The translations under genes were made by a program, and so were the position numbers. Positions 41,601 through 43,338 of a stretch of DNA of 43,338 bases are shown in pieces (the first letter of the stretch is position 1; every line of letters starts with the position of its first letter). Under the pieces are notes generated by a model. That model was not told where the DNA came from. It searched no databases and saw nothing but the letters and a program-made list of their open reading frames with translations. The DNA is from a virus. The DNA lies in IMG/VR virus record IMGVR_UViG_3300029873_000010, positions 1 to 43,338 of that record; one strand, 5' to 3'.

Positions 41601-41604
41601 GATT

Positions 41605-42075
41605 ATGGCGGGGTTAAAGTCAATACAGGATTTACGCAACCGGGTTGCCACGTTCAACAACGGGTTATCGTCCGGCGCATACATTCAACAAATCATTTGG
41701 GACAATGACGCCTATATTGTTGATATGAACGCCGAGGAACAATTGTTTGAACAGGGTATTAACCGTTTGGGCGTGGATATTATGGATTACGCCCCGTATT
41801 CGCCGTTGACGATAGCCATAAAGGAGGAAAAGGGACAACCGACAAACCGGGTAACGTTACGGGATACCGGGGATTTTGAAGCGTCGTTTTTTTTGGAAGT
41901 CGGCGACAAACAGTTTGAAATAAAAGCGTCGGATTTCAAAACGGAGGACTTAATAAAAAAGTACGGGCGGCAAATATTGGGATTGACGGACGAAAATATT
42001 GCGGCGTTGATTTGGCAATATATATTCCCGGACTTAATGAAGAAAGCAAAAAACGTATTATATGGCAACGAATAA
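41605..42075 (+). CDS. Hypothetical head-tail joining module protein
   Basis: 156-aa ORF; call based on position only. Confidence 0.5.
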   Translation: MAGLKSIQDLRNRVATFNNGLSSGAYIQQIIWDNDAYIVDMNAEEQLFEQGINRLGVDIMDYAPYSPLTIAIKEEKGQPTNRVTLRDTGDFEASFFLEVGDKQFEIKASDFKTEDLIKKYGRQILGLTDENIAALIWQYIFPDLMKKAKNVLYGNE

Positions 42076-42661
42076 GATAACAACCCCTATAATTCCCAAC
42101 CCGGTTTTAATCGACCGGGTTTTGGGGAACATACAAACCGGGTTAATGGATAACGTCGATTGGTTGGACGTCGCATTTGGGCGGGCGCAACGGATTTCCA
42201 AAGTGATACAGGGTAAACGCTATTATACCCCAAACGTATATGCGGGCGGGACGGAATGGAGAGGCGACAACGATTATATCGACGTTTCCCCGGATGCTAA
42301 TATTGGCAATTTTTCGTTCTTTTGGATAGACGACCCGCAAACGGTTGATTGGGTTCCCAAAGAGCAAAGCAAGATTAAAGCCCCGTTTTCCCTTATTGTT
42401 TGGTTTGATTTGCGTAAGGTTTACCCCGGTCAACTTAATAACCGGAATACCGAGGCATTGAAGAATGAAATATTGTCCGTCCTAAATGGCGGTTTTTGGC
42501 TGAAAGACGGAACGATTGTAATAAACCGTATTTATGAGTTGGCGGAAAACGTGTACCGTGGGTTTACGTTGGACGAAATAGATAATCAATTTTTAATGCA
42601 CCCATTCGGCGGTTTTCGCTTTGAGGGTGTATTGTCAGTTAATCAACCTTGTAATATTTAA
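42062..42661 (+). CDS. Hypothetical head-tail joining module protein
   Basis: 199-aa ORF with a 14-nt overlap with the upstream gene. Confidence 0.5.
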   Translation: MATNKITTPIIPNPVLIDRVLGNIQTGLMDNVDWLDVAFGRAQRISKVIQGKRYYTPNVYAGGTEWRGDNDYIDVSPDANIGNFSFFWIDDPQTVDWVPKEQSKIKAPFSLIVWFDLRKVYPGQLNNRNTEALKNEILSVLNGGFWLKDGTIVINRIYELAENVYRGFTLDEIDNQFLMHPFGGFRFEGVLSVNQPCNI

Positions 42662-42665
42662 CGAT

Positions 42666-42923
42666 ATGGTAACTTTCATTATTTGGGTTTTGGTCGTGGC
42701 AACCGTGGCGGCGTTCCTGTTGACCCTGTTAAAAAAGTGGGGCGTTATTGAGTACGTCCAAGTTCACGGCAACGACTTTTTTGTTAAGATGTTCAATTGT
42801 GGCTTTTGCTTATCATGGTGGGCGGGGGTCGTTTTGTCCGTCCTGTTTGCTATATACACCGGGAACCCGGCATTGTTATTGGTTCCGTTTTGTTCAACAG
42901 TCATAACCCGCATACTCTTATGA
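42666..42923 (+). CDS. Small integral membrane protein (DUF1360-like)
   Basis: 85 aa from ATG 42666. Helices FIIWVLVVATVAAFLLTLL, WWAGVVLSVLFAIY and ALLLVPFCSTVI. The NCGFCLSWW motif recalls DUF1360. Confidence 0.5.
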   Translation: MVTFIIWVLVVATVAAFLLTLLKKWGVIEYVQVHGNDFFVKMFNCGFCLSWWAGVVLSVLFAIYTGNPALLLVPFCSTVITRILL

Positions 42924-43338
42924 AAAAGACAAAAATAGGGGAACGGGCGGTTGTATTGTACGATAGTATCGACGAATTGCCGATTTTGCGATTTCACGCA
43001 TATAACAAAATGTTGCTTATCGACGCCGGGGTTGGGTCGGATTTGAACGATTGGGATGCGCATATTGAAAAGGCAATCCGGTTTATCCGAAAGGAAAAGC
43101 CGGATTTGGCGGAAAAGGAATTGGATAATTTGCGGCAAAACGTTTATTTCGTCCAATCCGCCATATCGCCAAAGTATTTGGCGTTTGCCTGTTTGGTTAA
43201 GTCCGTGGACGAAACCGAATACAACGATATGACGGCGGACGGTTTGCAAAAGGTATTGGATTTATTCGCCGATGCACCGAACGCCGAGTTGACCGCCCAA
43301 TTGGAAGCGGTCAAAAAAAAAATAGATGAAGAATTGCA
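42920..43338 (+). CDS. 5' portion of the junction-spanning gene (continues at 1..450 after removing the 98-nt overlap; about 276 aa in total)
   Basis: ATG 42920 forms an ATGA overlap with the upstream stop. The frame stays open to the window end and is in frame with 1..450. Confidence 0.6.
   Translation, partial: MKKTKIGERAVVLYDSIDELPILRFHAYNKMLLIDAGVGSDLNDWDAHIEKAIRFIRKEKPDLAEKELDNLRQNVYFVQSAISPKYLAFACLVKSVDETEYNDMTADGLQKVLDLFADAPNAELTAQLEAVKKKIDEEL
43241..43338. repeat. Terminal direct repeat copy 2 (identical to 1..98)
   Basis: Exact 98-nt match to the window start. Confidence 0.95.

Overview
The window is an essentially complete, circularly closed tailed dsDNA phage genome. It has about 43,240 bp of unique sequence. 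Bases 1-98 recur exactly at 43241-43338, and one gene runs across that junction. Every convincing gene lies on the + strand.

Layout:
- Tail module: tape measure (557-4051), then three large tail, baseplate and fibre genes up to 11621.
- Lysis cassette (11665-13719): holin, Amidase_3-type endolysin and two accessory ORFs, followed by a strong terminator.
- Early/middle region (13957-31800): divided into at least four transcription units by Bacteroidota-type promoters (TTTG-N19-20-TAnnTTTG) and terminators. It encodes a free-standing HNH homing endonuclease, an XRE-type regulator, a PD-(D/E)XK nuclease and a replication initiator with iteron-like repeats. It also encodes a RuvC-like resolvase, an SMC/SbcC-like ATPase, a DUF2400 (HhH-glycosylase-like) protein, a DnaQ-like exonuclease and SSB. 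The remaining genes are an SPL-like radical SAM enzyme, an ASCH protein and a run of Cys-rich small proteins.
- A purine-rich leader of about 300 nt, then the packaging/head/neck module (terS, terL, portal, scaffold, major capsid), running from 32142 through the window end and wrapping to 450.

I saw no integrase, DNA polymerase, primase, helicase, tRNA, CRISPR array or reverse transcriptase.

The most notable non-genic signal is a duplicated early promoter-leader cassette. It ends in a conserved box plus hairpin (CAACGA-CCGGG-CGTTTT-CCCGG) and shows a compensatory stem change between copies. The same box recurs at promoter-less intercistronic sites. I propose it as a candidate nut-like or operator-like RNA system.

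All protein family calls are motif recognition by eye. No database search was run.
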